A stretch of DNA of 62,254 nucleotides, filler included, from Rhizaria sp. SCN 62-66 (Eukaryota): assembly GCA_001724265.1 (NCBI GenBank). It is 7 parts of 7 records of this genome, joined end to end, with 100 filler letters (N's around TTAATTAATTAA, not from the genome) between each part and the next. Parts side by side here need not be neighbours in the genome. Positions count along the whole stretch, not along the records: positions 8,140 to 23,217 come from MEDY01000594.1; 6 more parts are not named here. One strand, given 5' to 3'. Below the pieces are notes generated by a model that worked only from the letters and a program-made list of their open reading frames with translations, was not told the origin of the DNA and did no database searches. Both the position numbers and the translations under genes were made by a program. Shown here piece by piece: positions 9,065-22,161 of this stretch (position 1 is the first letter of the stretch; every line of letters begins with the position of its first letter).

Positions 9065-12000
9065 ATGGAGCTCAACACTTCCGCGCTGCTGGACGACGAT
9101 GTTCCCAACGAGAACGTCGTCTACAGCCCGATGTCTTGGAATCGTCGTCCCACCGATGCCAAGTCACCGGTCTCCAAACAGTCCACACAAGAATTACACA
9201 CAACGTAAGTCGCATTTCCCGCAACCAACCCACAGACTTCCATCCCAGCGAGCGCCTCACTTCCCAACACCATAACTCATATTAACCAATACTGCTTTCT
9301 TGCCATACTTTGCTATCTTTTAGTGGCTTTGCGTCTCCGTTTGCTGCTAAGTCTATGACTCAACCGGCGACTCCTGGTGACGGCAAGATTCACTTCGAGG
9401 TGACCATGAACGCCAACGCCGCGTCCCTCCTCTCCGCCGAAGATTCCTTCACCAACGACAATGAGGACAACAAGGCCGCCATTCTCGCTGGGGTGAATGA
9501 GCCTGCCCCGCTGTACACGCGCAACAGCAAGCCTGCCGTGCCCCGTCAGTCTCTCGGCCCCAACAGTCGCCGTGGCTCCCTCGCCGCTGGCCCCGCCGCC
9601 GCTGCTGCTGCAGCTGCGGCGGCCAACGCTTCACAGATCCAGCAACCGCGCTGGTCGCTCGGTGGCAAGTCCCAGATTCCTGTTCTTCGCACAAACGCTT
9701 CCCTTGCAACTTCCGGCTCCCTTAGCAACAATAACAACAACGGTGCCCTGTACAACGCCAACAGCAAGTCTGGCTCCAACAATAGCACCAAGTCCGCTGG
9801 CTCCAAGCGCCCCCACCCCACCAAGGCCTTCGCCGACATGACCGCGTCGGAGCTTGCGCTGGCCTGCGACGGCAAGGGCGGCCGCTTTCACCAGTGGTCT
9901 GAGCTCCTGATGTCGGCCAAGACCGCGTGGAACGACCGCGTCCTCGCGCTAGAGGAGGTATCTGCCTTCGCCAACGCTCTGATGAACCTCAACACGAACG
10001 CCGCCGCTGACAACGACGCCCTCGCTACCATGACCAAGCGCCTTGCCGATGCGTGTACCCACAACCTCGGCAACGCGCTGGCCGTGCAGATTGGCGACGC
10101 GCGCGTGCCCGTGGTCACCGAGGCGTGTCGCGCAACTGAGAGCCTCGCCGCGGCGTTTGGCGAGCACTTCGACAGCCTCGCGCAGAAGGTCTTCTACGTG
10201 CTTGCGGACCTCAGCAAGGTTACCAAGAAGGCCATCTCGGAGCAGGGCGCGGCCACCCTGCGCAAGCTCGTTGCTAACGCGACCCCTCTGCCCGCGCTGG
10301 CGCTGCTGCTGGACCTGGTCGCCACCAGCAAGAGCGAACACGTGCGCACGCTCTGCGCCGACTGCACCGCGATCGCGCTCCGCTCCTGGCCCGTTGCAGC
10401 CTTTGAGACGCAGCGCAAGCAGGTGCACCTGCAGTCGGCCGTCGAGAACGTGATGCCCTACGTCCTCACCGACGCCGCACTCGCAGCGCGCGCCGCTGGT
10501 CGCGATGCCTTCGTCGCGTACCACGCGCTCTGGCCGCAGCGCGGCGACGCCATCGTGCTCCGCATGCTGGCGGGCTCGCTCGGCACGCCGTTCCTGATGC
10601 CGTTGCAGACAGCGCGCCAGCTCGCCGCCGCGCTGCCCGCCGCGGGCTTCACCGCCGCCGTCGCCGAGCGCGCCGCGCGCGAATCCGATGCGCTGCCCAA
10701 CGGCGGCAAGTCGCGCCGCCAGTCGCTCGCGGTCGTTGGCAGCCGCCGCCAGAGCATGCTGCCCTCCGCACCAGCGCTCTCTTCGGCCAATGCCAACGCT
10801 ATGCTTGTCCATAACACCAATGCTGCCGCTGTCGAGGACCTTCCCGTCCCTTCAGTCAACGAGGATGATGACTGCGAGCAGCAGGGCGACGCTGCCGCTG
10901 GTGGTCTCGGCGCTCTCTCCGTCAACTCCGGCTCTGATTCGAGCAACAATAGCACTCCCGAGAAGGACGACTTCATGCGCGCGCGCCGTCTCGACGGCTA
11001 CCGCTTCAACTCGCCCGCCGCGATGTTGTCCAACGCGCGCGAGGCGCAGGACGTCGCCGAGGCCGCACTGTCCCCGCGCTCCGCGGCCTCGGCTGCCCGC
11101 GTGATGTCGTTCACCTTCGGCCAGTCTGGTGGCAGCAACGACGAGGCCTCGAAGGCGCTGCAGAGCGCGTTTGACGACGCTGAGAACAACGACGACGACG
11201 ATAACGACGATGACAAGGAGCAGTTCACTGCTGCTCATGGCGATCACAGTGATGCCATCTGCGAGGGCTCCTTCCTCGTCCCCATCGAGACCGAGTCCGC
11301 CGACGTCAGCACGTGCCACATCAACGCCAGCTCCACCGCGATGCCCGTCGACGCCGCGCCTGGCGGCCGCGTGTCGCGCTCTGGCGTGCTCGTGGCGTGC
11401 GACACCGCCGCCGAGTTCTGCGCCTCCGTCCGCGCTGCCAACGCGAATGCCGGTGCCAACAACTCGCGCCGCGGCTCTGTCACCGCAGACGTCTCCGCGC
11501 CCGGCTCTGCTGCAGGCTCCCGTCGCGGCTCTGTCTCGGGCAACGCGATCAACAAGAGCTCTAGCACTGTCGTGAAGCCCTTTGACTTCTTCGGCATGCC
11601 TGATGTCAGCGCCCGTGTCCCTAAGTCAGTCAAGAAGGCCACTTCGCGCGCTCTGCCCGACGTCGAGGCCACCTCTGGCTCTGTCAACACCAGCTATGGC
11701 GTCATCTCCAACACGCCCAGCAAGGTCCGCGCCAAGACGAGTCTAATGAACGAGATTCGCGCTGCGCAGAGCGTCTCCGCCGCCGACAAGCTGGCCCAGC
11801 TCAAGGATTGGAAGGCGCAGCAGGCTACTCTGCTGCTGCAGCGCGAGATGCATGTGCTGCAGGCCGGCGACATCCACAGCGAGGCCGCCGAGCGCGTGCG
11901 CACTACGGCGGAGCTGCCGAGCATCGCGCACAGTCTCGACGTTGCCGAGGCCATGGTCAAGGCGAAGAAGCGCGTCGACAAGGAAGCCGTTATGTCCAAC

Positions 12001-15000
12001 TACTCGAGCAGCAACACCGTGCTTGGCACCGCTACCCCCAGCAAGCGCGGCGCCCACGGCCCCGTTAACACGCCTGGCAGCGCGCGCACTGCGAAGAACA
12101 TGCTCATCCTGCACCGACAGCGCGTGCTGCGCATGGCGCCGTCGCTGAAGCAGATCGCGCCTGCCGTCGAGGACCGCATTAAGTCGGTTGACGATGCCGC
12201 GCTGCTGGTGGAGATCCATGACATCGAGCTCCAGGCGCGGCTCGCCAAGGAGGAGGCCGCGGCCGCCCGCGAGCGCCGCATTCTGCAGGGCCTGGAGGAC
12301 CGCTGGGGCCAGCGCCTCGACGGCGACCGCGGCGACGCGGGCAGCAAGACGCCCAAGCTCAGCACCAAGGACTTCCTGAAGCGCCAGCGCGAGATGATGC
12401 TGAGCGCTAAGGAGGATCAGCTGGCCGCGAGCGGTGAGCAGATGGACGTGTCGATGGCCGGTCTTGTCAACATGTCTGTCATCCCACACTTGAACGATAA
12501 TGAGAGCTACATTCATGGCGGCAACGATGACGACGACGATGTGGATGTTGTTGACGACGACGCTGCGATGAATCACTCTGCTATGGGCAGCAACACCGCG
12601 GTTGACGCCGCTATTGTTGCTTCGCTCTCGCAGGGCAATAGCAACGACGACAACGAAGCCAGTGACAACGCTATCGACGCATACCTTGCTGCCCAGCAGA
12701 ACAACAGCAACGACGCCGACGACTGCGTCAACGACGACGGTGAGGTTTACGAGGACGAGGACGGCGAGCTCGTGCACCGGAGCATGGCGCGCAGTCTCGT
12801 CTACTCTGACTGTGACGACGACATCGTTGTCACTGACTCCAAGAGCACGAACGCTTCGCACAGTCACAATGCTGTCGATGTGAGTGAGAGTGACTCTGCG
12901 ATTGAGTCTGCGCTTGCTGCTCGCGACACTGCTGCCGCCAACTCCACTGCTGTTAACGCGACCGCTGACATTACCGCTGCTGCTGAGGCTGCTCTTGCCG
13001 CTGCGGCCGAGGCTAAGGCTGCGGCTGAGGCCAAGGTTGCTGCTGCGGAGGCTAAGGCTGCTGCTGCGGAGGCCAAGGCTCAGGCTGAGGCTACTGCCGC
13101 CGCTGAAGCCAAGGCCGCTGCTATCAAGGCTGAGGCTGATGCCGCTGCCGCTGTCGCCGCCGCTAAGGCTGACGCTGAGGCTAAGGCCGCTGCTGTCATT
13201 GCTGCTGCTGAGGCCGCTGCTGCCAAGGCTAAGTCTGACGCCGAGGCTGAGACCAAGGCCGCTGCTGCTGTCAGTGTTAAGTCTGCGCCTGCGCCTATTA
13301 TCGCTTCCGCGTCCGTGTTCGTGTCGTCGTCGACTTCGCCCGTCAACGGCAACGCCTGCAACGACTCGTGGTCCGAGGAGAGCGCGTGGTACAAAAACGC
13401 TGACTCCAACACGAAGAGCAACGCTGTTGTGACCGCAGCTGCTGTTGAGAGTGTCAGTGTGCAGACTCCTGCTTGGGCCTCGGTGGGCGCTGACTTCGGC
13501 GCTCAGTGCGACTTCTCTGCGCTGCACACCGATGCGGCCTGCGGCCCCGACACTCCTGTCAACGCCAACGCTGACAACGGCGACGTCTCGCCTATGAACG
13601 CGAACAATGTCAGCTCTGCCTTTGCTGCCACTCTTCCCAGCACTGATGTCAACGCCTGCGCTGACGCCGTCCCCGTTGCCGTCCCTGTTGCTGTTGCTGT
13701 TGCTGATGAGAGCAAGAGTGTCGTCGCTGCTGAGACCGAGCCCGAGGCCTGGGTGCCCCGCTCTGCCAAGAAGGCCAGCAAGAAGCACCTCCGCGACAGC
13801 ATTCTCGCGCCCCTGGACAGCATGTTCAACGAGATCCAGACCGCGATGGCGAGCGACATGAGCGCCCCCACCCGCCGCACCATCGCTACTGCCAACGCGA
13901 ACGCCAACGCCGCCGATGCTGCCAACGCCGCTGCGTCTGCTTCGAACAGCGCCGCTGTCTCTCGCTCGAGCTCTAACGCCAGTGCTGCCTCTGCCGCCGC
14001 GACTGTTCCGGCTGCGGCTAGCGCGCTCGATGGCACGATGCCGCTGCTGGGCGCCGACATGACTGTCGACGGCATGGACTCTCTCCTGCTCTCCAGTCCT
14101 CCTCGCGTGCGCAACAACCACGCCAACAGTGTTAACGCCAACCTCGCGACCCCCGCCTCGGCCAACACCACCGCCGCTGCGGCCGGTGCGATGTCGACGC
14201 CCACTGCTGCTGCCAACAGCAACAGCAGCGTCCTCGGTTTCAGCCCCGTGCAGTTCGCGCCTGTCGCCTCCGACGCCACTCTCGCCGACGCCGCCGTCGC
14301 TGCCTCCGCCTTCCCTGCCTCCAACGCTAACTTTACTGGCGCCGTTGCAACCCCGGCCGCCCGCATCGCGTCGTCCCGTTCTGCGCTCGCCGCGATTCCG
14401 CTGCCCGCGCTGCCCCCGACTCCCGAGGAGGTCAAGCTGGCCTTCGCCACGGCCGCCGTGCGTCCCCCCAGCAGCACTGAGATCAACGCCGCGCTCGAGC
14501 GGCTTAACTTCACGGCGGACGCGACTTCTGGCAACAACACGACCGTGAACGAGACTGTGGCTGCTGTTGTCAACGTGAACGCGACCGTGAACATGACGAG
14601 CGTTATCGCGCAGCAGAGCCCTCTGTCTGTCACCGTCCACCACACCCTGCAAGCCGCTGAGGCGACCGTGCGCGAGGCTGAGGCCAAGTTCTCTGCCACT
14701 GCCGCCGTCAGCGCTGCGGCAAGCGAGAGTGCTAGTATCAAGTCGCCGGCTGCTGCGCTGTTCTCTCAGTGGTCGACGCGCTTCGAAACCTCGAACGCGC
14801 GCTCCCCGCTCAACTCCACGTCTGACGTCTCTGCGATGATGAACAGCAGCGCTGTTGTGAGCACCCCCAGTCTGCTCACCGGCGCTCCTGTCGTCGGCAT
14901 GAGCGTGTCGCCCATTGCCAGCATCGCTGAGAAGCTCCGCGAGAAGAGCAAGGAGGCCGCCGCGATGGCCCCCGTCGCCTCGCTCATCTCTGCTTCCCCC

Positions 15001-17699
15001 GTCAGCAACGACGAGGTGACTGCTACCACCGGCAAGGCCGAGGCGAGCGAGTCCGCTGTCAAGCTCGCTGTTGCCGCCGAGGCCAAGCCCGCGGCGAAGC
15101 GCGGCGTTCTCGGCACTGTCGTCCTCGCGCTTAAGGCCGTCGCGACTGTCGGCGTGTTTGCGGCTGCTGCCACGCTCGTAGGCAGCGACCTGCTCGCGCC
15201 TGTGGTCGTTGAAGCCGACGTCTCGGCTCTCTCCGTTGCGACTGAGAGTGGCGCTGTCAACGCCGAGTCCGCTGGATACAGCTCTGGCATGGCTGGCGCT
15301 GTTGCCAGCGATAATGTCGTCGTGCTCTCGGTTGCTGAAGCTGAGCCTATTGCCACCGTCGCCGTCGACGCTGTCGTTGCTGAGTCTGTCATTGACGCTG
15401 CCGAGGTCGAGCTAGTTGATTCTGAGGACGTCGTCGTCAGCAGCTTTGATGCTGCCGAGGTTGAGACCGTTGCTGAAACTATTGTCGAGATTGCTGCAGT
15501 TGTTGAGGCTGAGTCGGTCTCCGTCGCTGTGAAGGCTGAGATGGAGGTTGAGGTTGTTGATGTCGACGTTAATGTGTTTGCCTCTGCCCCCGCTGTCGAG
15601 ATCGTCAAGACCAACACCGTCGAGGTTGTCGCAGTGGACGACGTCGAGTCCGCTCTTGCTCAGCGCGCTGCCGCTGAGGCCGTCGCCGCCGCTGAGGCTG
15701 AGGCCGCCGTCGCTGCCGCTCTCGAGGCTGCCGCTGCCGAGGCTGAGGCTGCTGCGATGGTCGCGGAGGCGGAGGCGGCTGCTGCTGCGGAGGCCGAGGC
15801 CGAGGCTGCTGCCCAGGCTCTTGCTGAGGCGGAGGCTGTTGTCACCGCGGCTGCGGAGGCCGAGGCTCTTGCCATTGCTGAGGCAAAGGCTGCCGCTGAG
15901 GCTGAGGCTGCTGCAGCGGCGGCTGCCGAGGCGCTCGCTGCTGCTGAGGCCGAGGCCATTGCTTATGCGGAGGCGGAAGCCAAGGCTGCTGCTGAGGCCG
16001 CTGCTGCTGCTGCTGAGGCCGAGGCCAAGCTTAGTGCTGAGGCTGAGGCCAAGGCCGCCGCCGAGGCTGCTGCTGCCGCTGAGGCTGCTGCTGCCGCTGA
16101 GGCTGCTGCTGCCGCTGAGGCTGCTGCTGCCGCTGAGGCTGCTGCTGCCGCTGAGGCGCTGAGGCTGCTGCTGCCGCTGAGGCTGCTGCTGCCGCTGAGG
16201 CTGCTGCTGCCGCTGAGGCTACTGCTGAGGCTGCTGCTGCCGCTGAGGCTACTGCTGAGGCTGCTGCTGCCGCTGCTGAGGCTGAGGCTGCCGCTGAGGC
16301 TGAGGCTGCTGAGGCTGAGGCTGCTGAGGCTGCCGCTGAGGCTGAGGCTGCCGCTGAGGCTGAGGCTGCTGAGGCTGCTGAGGCTGCCGCTGAGGCTGAG
16401 GCTGCTGCCCTTGCTGCTGCTGAGGCCGAGGCTAAGGCTGCTGCCAAGGCTGAGGCCGCTGCTGCTGCTGCGCTCGCGGAGGCTGAGGCGAAGTTGATCG
16501 CTGAGGCCGAGGTGGTCGCCCTCGAGGAGGCCCGCCTGGCCGACGCCGTCCGCGCCGCCGAGGCCGCAGCCGCCGCCGCCGCCAGCGAGGCCCGTTTCGC
16601 GGCCGAGCTTGCTGCTGCGACCGAGGCAGCCGCGCGCGCCGCGGACACCGCTCGCGCCGCTGAGGTCGTGCGCCTCGCGGAGCTGGCGCGTGCCGAGTCC
16701 GCCGCTTTGCTCGCTGCGGCTGAGGCGCGCGCCGCCGCCGTCGCCGCCGCCGTCTCTGAGGGCACGCGCGCTGCCGAGGCCGAGGCCGTCCGTCTGGCCG
16801 AGGCTGGCCTTGAGTCCAAGGTCGCCCAGGTTCTGGCCGCCGCGCAGGCCTCCGCCGCCGCTGCCGCCGCCTCCGCTGCCGCTGCTGCTGCTGCCGAGCC
16901 CGTGGCCGCCGCCATTGCTGAGGGCCTGTCCCCGCTCACCCTCACCATCGCCGCCGTCGCCGCGCTCGTGGTGATGATCGCGTCTGCGCTCGCGTTCGTC
17001 CCCGCCCCCACCGCGGCAACCGAGTCCGCTGGCGCCGTCGCCCTGGGCCCTGAGACCCCTGCGCCCCAGCGCGCGGCCTCCGCCCTGTTCAAGACACCTG
17101 TGGGCTCGACTTCGTCGTACTCGTCCTCGCTCTTCAACACCGCCGCGCGCCCCGCCAACGCTGCCGCAAACCGCGGCTTCGACTACTCTCCTGCCCGCCC
17201 CAGTGCCGCCGCCGCGAACGCCGCCTCAGCCACCGGCATCGCGCCCGTGCGCTTCGGCGACGTCTTCGGCAGCCGCGCCGCAACCCCCGCCGCGCGCCGC
17301 GGCTCCATCGCGCCCGCCGCGCCCGAGACCCCCGTCGCGGGCTCCAAGAGCCGCGTCGCCGCCGCCGCTGCTGCGGAGCCCAAGACGCCCGTGCGCACCC
17401 CAGCGCGCCGCCTGCCGTCCGAGATTGACGACACCGCCCGTTTCGCGCCCTTCTCCTCGCTCTCGGACCTGCACTCGTTCGGCGACATGGCCGAAGCCGC
17501 GCGCCGCGCCGACGCGAAGCTCAGCATGGCCTCCCCCGCCGTGCGCGCCGCGCTTGCGCAGGAGAACATGCAGGGCGGGAACCGCCGCCTGACGCGTTCT
17601 GCGGCGACCAACAACGTCAACGTCAACGTGAACACCGCTGCGAAGAACGATGAGGTTGAGAAGGAGGAGCCGCGCCGCTCTCGTCGCGCGCGCAACTAA
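9065..17699 (+). CDS. Very large CLASP_N/TOG-domain protein with Ala/Glu-rich stalk and two hydrophobic segments (exons 9065-9204, 9324-17699; apparent 1-nt frameshift near 16157)
   Basis: Intron 9205-9323 (GTAAGT...TTTAG) joins in frame. CLASP_N-like HEAT pattern at ~9895-10580 (WNDRVLAL...QIGDARVPVVTEAC...TKKAISEQG...SKSEHVR...DAALAARAAGRDAF...WP). The Ala/Glu repeat frame shifts at GCTGAGGCGCTGAG and continues into ORF 16494-17699. Stop TAA. Confidence 0.7.
15670..16500 (+). repeat. Coding low-complexity tandem repeat (GCTGAGGCTGCTGCC-like; EAAAAA/AEAEA)
   Basis: Directly visible array of GCT/GAG/GCC units, with perfect 18-mers GAGGCTGCTGCTGCCGCT at ~16063-16152. Confidence 0.9.
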
Positions 17700-19399
17700 G
17701 TTTACTTTTAGTGAAGCTGCGACGAGATTGAGTTCGGCCTTGTGCCTCGTTACAGCACAGCGAGAACGACTTGTTTGTTGTTGTTGCTGTGATTTTCGTT
17801 ACTTTTGTTTATTTTATTTCATGTCATTTTTAATTTTCAAAGATTATGTTTCAAGAAGAAAGATGGTGTTGAGACGAGAAAAGAAGAAAAAAGAACTACT
17901 AAAAATAACAAACAAAGATATGTTGGAATTAAATCCGTAAGTCTGTAACAACTCGAATTATGCCTCTAAACTTTGCTTGTTTGAAGTGTATTTGTGAGTG
18001 GCGCTACTTTTTTTAAAATCCTTTGTGTGACGGCTTAGGGGCAATTAGGTTTGCACCAAGAACTGTCACGCCGCTACTGCAACAGCTTTTGCAACAACAT
18101 CAAATATGGCAGCAAAGAGCAATGCATCATCGCATAACTTAACTGTGACACGTTGTGTAAATAAGAATAGTGACGACCTTGAGATCATGGCGAGGGATTA
18201 GCTGTATCTTTAGGGAGTTACTATTGGTCGCTGTATAACCCGTAATAACGCTTGCAGTTGATGTGGTATGTGTATGCAGCGTCCATGTTGGTGAAGATGT
18301 TGCTTATTTTGTCTGAAGCTAGCGCAAAAAGAGGATGGCTGTTAATAATATCAATAATGTTAGTGCTTTGTGATCTAAAATCACTGCGATGAGCAATAAT
18401 AATACAATTCTTGGTTCAAGAATAACGTCTAAAAAACGCTGAATGCTGTGAGAGAATGGATCGATGTATTCGACAATCTCATTACGACGGATAATGTAAC
18501 GAATGTCTTACTGATAAAAATAAAAACACAAATTGTGTGGTGGTTGGGAGTGCTAATAGGATCTAGGAAAGTAAACGTATACAAGAAGAAATGATCAAAG
18601 AAAACGCGTGAAAAATGTGCATTCTCTTCTCACAACACGACGCTTCAGCGTCTGTGATGGTACGAAGAAATATGCATGCGGAGCGTCAGTGGTAACAAGT
18701 GAGGTGATAAAATGTACAAGATGGTTGAAAAAATATACAAAACCACAGAACGTTGCTCGTGATGCGAAATAAATCGGCAACAGATGACGAAAACTGTGAA
18801 AGACATGAAACAAAAAGTATAACACTGACAAGAAATGACTGAAAATGACGACAGGGAGAAGTAGTAGTAAGCATCAAAGAGCCGAACGTACAGTGGGAGA
18901 AAAGAACTGTGGGAGAGGCAAGTGACGAGGCGTGAACAATACAACAAAGGGCAGACCACTGAACTAAAATAATTCTGCGTGAAGTCTGGCATCACATTGG
19001 GATCGACACATGACTCAAAGTCACTGAAAAGCTATACAATGTGTTTCTCCCGCAACTGATACGGCGGCATAACATAAACTAAAGAACGAAAGACCGCTGA
19101 CTTTGATAGGCCACAGACAGCCAGACAGCAGTTGATTGAAACATCAACAACTAAAGAAACAACATGCGACTAAGACGGCATCAAAACGACGAATATAGCA
19201 TGAAAGATGTGACTAACTAAACAAACGTGCGTACTCCCTGATCCTGCACCCTAAAGCACAACATAGATATCCGCAAATTACCAACACAAACACAATTATA
19301 AGTGAAACGACAAAAGGGAAGAAAAAAAAACTCGGTCATAAATAGAAAAACCGGACAAAAGAAACGCGCAATGTACACGCAAACGCCAATGATGCTGCT

Positions 19400-21494
19400 T
19401 TACGCCAGCGCGAGCCGAATGCGCTAGGCAGCAGCCGCGGCAGCCTTCCGGTCATTCGCACGTCCCGCATTGCTCGCGGCCTGGGTCTGAGCCTGAGCGG
19501 CGTCCAACGCAGCCGAGTGACCGTGGGCGGCAGGGTGACCGTGAGCGCGGCGCAGCGGGACGGCGCCGGGGGCGACGAGCGCGCGCCCACGGTCACTGGT
19601 GTCGTCATAGTAGTCGTACGTCGCCCCAGCAGGAGCGGCGCTCCCAGAGCTTGGGTGCGCGCCATTGTGAGTGCGGCCGACTCCGCTCTCGACATCGCCG
19701 TACTGGCCAGCGTGACCGTGGACAGCAGAGTGACCGTGAGCAGCGGAGTGACCGTGAGCAGCCCCGAGCGCCACACCAGCGCGCTGCTGATCTCGCTCGC
19801 GCCGGCGGCTCCGGCGCCGCTCGGCGTCACCATTATGACCGTTCTTATTACTGCCTGCGTGGTTGTGACTCTGGCTGTGGCCGTTGTGAAGGCCATTGTC
19901 GCTCTCGTCCTCGCCGTCGAGCTTGCCGCCGCCAGCGTTGATGAGCGCGATGCCGTTGTTGCCGTCGTGCTTGCCGCTGCTGAGGAAGGCGTCCTGCGCG
20001 ATGAACTGTACCGCGTTCAGGAACACGGGCCCCAGGAAGAGCACGAAGACAAGCTCGGCGCGCGGGTGCCCGTGGAACGCGCGGCTGATAGCCTGCGCGG
20101 GAACCGTGAGCCGGTCCGCGAAGATAATGAGCAGCGAGCCGCAGAAGAGGCGCGACGGGATCACGCAGACAAAGACCCACAGCAGCAGCTGCTTGACGAA
20201 CAGCGACACGACGGGCGGCCGCAGCAGCCGGCCCGTGACTGGGTCGAGGAGCTGCCCGTAGTTGCCGCTGTCGCCGCTGCCGCCCGCAAGCACGCGCGCC
20301 ATGAGCCGCAGCAGGAGGTAGGCGAAGAAGACGCCCAGGGTGATGTCGACCATGAAGACGAAGATGTACCACGAGCATGGCGACACGTCGATGGGGCTGC
20401 TGGCGCTGGCGCCGGCCGAGAGGGAGCCGTGGCCGCCAGAGGCGTGGATCGCAAAGAACAACGCGATGAAGTGCGCAGCGACCTAGGGAGAGAGAGATAA
20501 GAAAGGCGCAGTGATATCAAAGTGAGTGAGTGGAGTTACACTTCAGCGTAATAGAGTCTAATAACAAAGGACTCGCACAAAGTCAAGTATCTTGTGATAT
20601 AGTGCATATATTGTTACGAAGTACCTGTGCAGCGCAGTTTTTGGTTGCGTCCATGGCCCACACAACGAAGGGTCGCTGCGGGCGTTCCCACTGCCACTTG
20701 ATCACGAGCACAGAAAACGCCGCGAACCCGCCGAGCGACTGCACCCACCAGCCGAAGGAGTCGGTGAGCGTGCACGTGTCGCGCGGGGACACGCCGTCGT
20801 CCTCGTACGCCGCGCTGTCGTCGAAGTAGTTGAGCAGCGCGTGGAACAGCGAGTCGGGCGCGGGGCCGGCGCTAGGTCCCGTCACCGTCCCGCCGCCGCC
20901 GCCGCCGCCGCCGGTGGACTTGGTGTCGCCCGCGGCGCCGTTGGGGCCGACGAAGAGGTCCTTGGGGGTGACGATGTGAGCCGGGGTGAGCGGCGCGGAC
21001 GGGCGCGGGAGCTCCGTGACGGCTGCGAGCGGGCTGTTGTGGCCATCGATGACGAACTCGGACGACAGGTCGCCGTCGAGAGCCGCGGCCGTGGCGGGCA
21101 CGGACGGGAATGACGGGGCCAGCGCGCGCGCAGCGGTCGTGGTGCTCGCAGTCGCGGCCGCGGTCGCGGTCGTCGTGGTCGCCGAGTTGGAGGACGACAG
21201 GGCGAGCGCAGACGCACTGGTGGGAAATAGAACGAGGCAGAGGAAAAGGGCGACGATCATTGCGACAAAGGAGGCTGCGTGCTGTGATGCACGGCGGCCA
21301 CGCGGCAGAGTCAGTGTGGAGTGCCGCTGCAAAGCATCAGTAAGGGAGGACACAGACAATTTAGAAGCAGCAGTGGCGCTTCTGTGGGCAAACAGGGACA
21401 TGTCAAAAGCAGGTGCTGCAGTTGGGGGATCGTGGGTTGCAGCAGCACCGCCAAAGGACAAAGCCTTTAACGAGGAAATGCGCCGTAAAAACAT
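19400..21494 (-). CDS. STIMATE (TMEM110)-family membrane protein (intron 20483-20624; in-frame TAG at 19424-19426)
   Basis: CTLTDSFGWWVQ..LVIKWQWERPQRPFVVWAMDATK, PCSWY..VDITLGV, SGNYG..PP...KQL, ELVFVLFLGPVFLNAVQFIAQDAFL. Intron GTACTT...CCTAG restores AAQ|VAAHF. The start codon is uncertain. The end is TAA at 19400 if TAG is sense, otherwise 19424. Confidence 0.85.
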
Positions 21495-22161
21495 GTCTTC
21501 CGAACGCAACACTGGGTTTCGCGGCACCGACAAGGCAGGCGATGCGAGGAAGCGAGGGCAGATCAACGACGGGGGGCACAGGGCGATGACGTGGGGTCAA
21601 GGGAAGCAGAGGTGAGTCGAAGACCGAGTAATGAAAAAGTAAGATATGGCACCGCAAACTGACTGTGATCAGTAATAAAGAAATATATAACAAACCGGAT
21701 TAATACTTCAGCGCAATTATAACACTTTTTCCGAATTTGACGAAGGAACCGCTGAGAACTGCTCGCTTGCAATTTCCTGCAGAGCTCATGTTGGCGATGA
21801 CGACTGGATGGGTCGGATCGATGCAAACGGGCGGGACGCCGAGTTGGCTGACGATCGACTGGAACGAACGTTTCACTCGATCTGCGAAGTTTAGCCGCGG
21901 GGCAAGGCACCGAGCGACGGTTCAGTCTTCCGAGCGATGGGCGGCGTTCTGCAGAGATTGCGGATGGATACTGTGATTCGTAACGAATATTCTAAGAGAT
22001 GTGTTGTATATGTTCGTGCATTCTGCTACATTTAATAGACTTAAGTTATTTCTAAAGCGCGTTTTAGTGCGGTCCTATGGCAGAAATACGCACACTAATT
22101 CTCACCCGTCGCCTCTTAACGCTCTCTCTGCGCACTTTCGTACTTTTAGACCGTCAACACC

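Noticed and set aside
11743-14652. Long antisense ORFs (969 aa here; also 5959-7431, 624-1865, 44655-46223, 48563-49897)
   Set aside because: Shadow frames of GC-rich, codon-biased genes on the opposite strand; no recognisable motifs.
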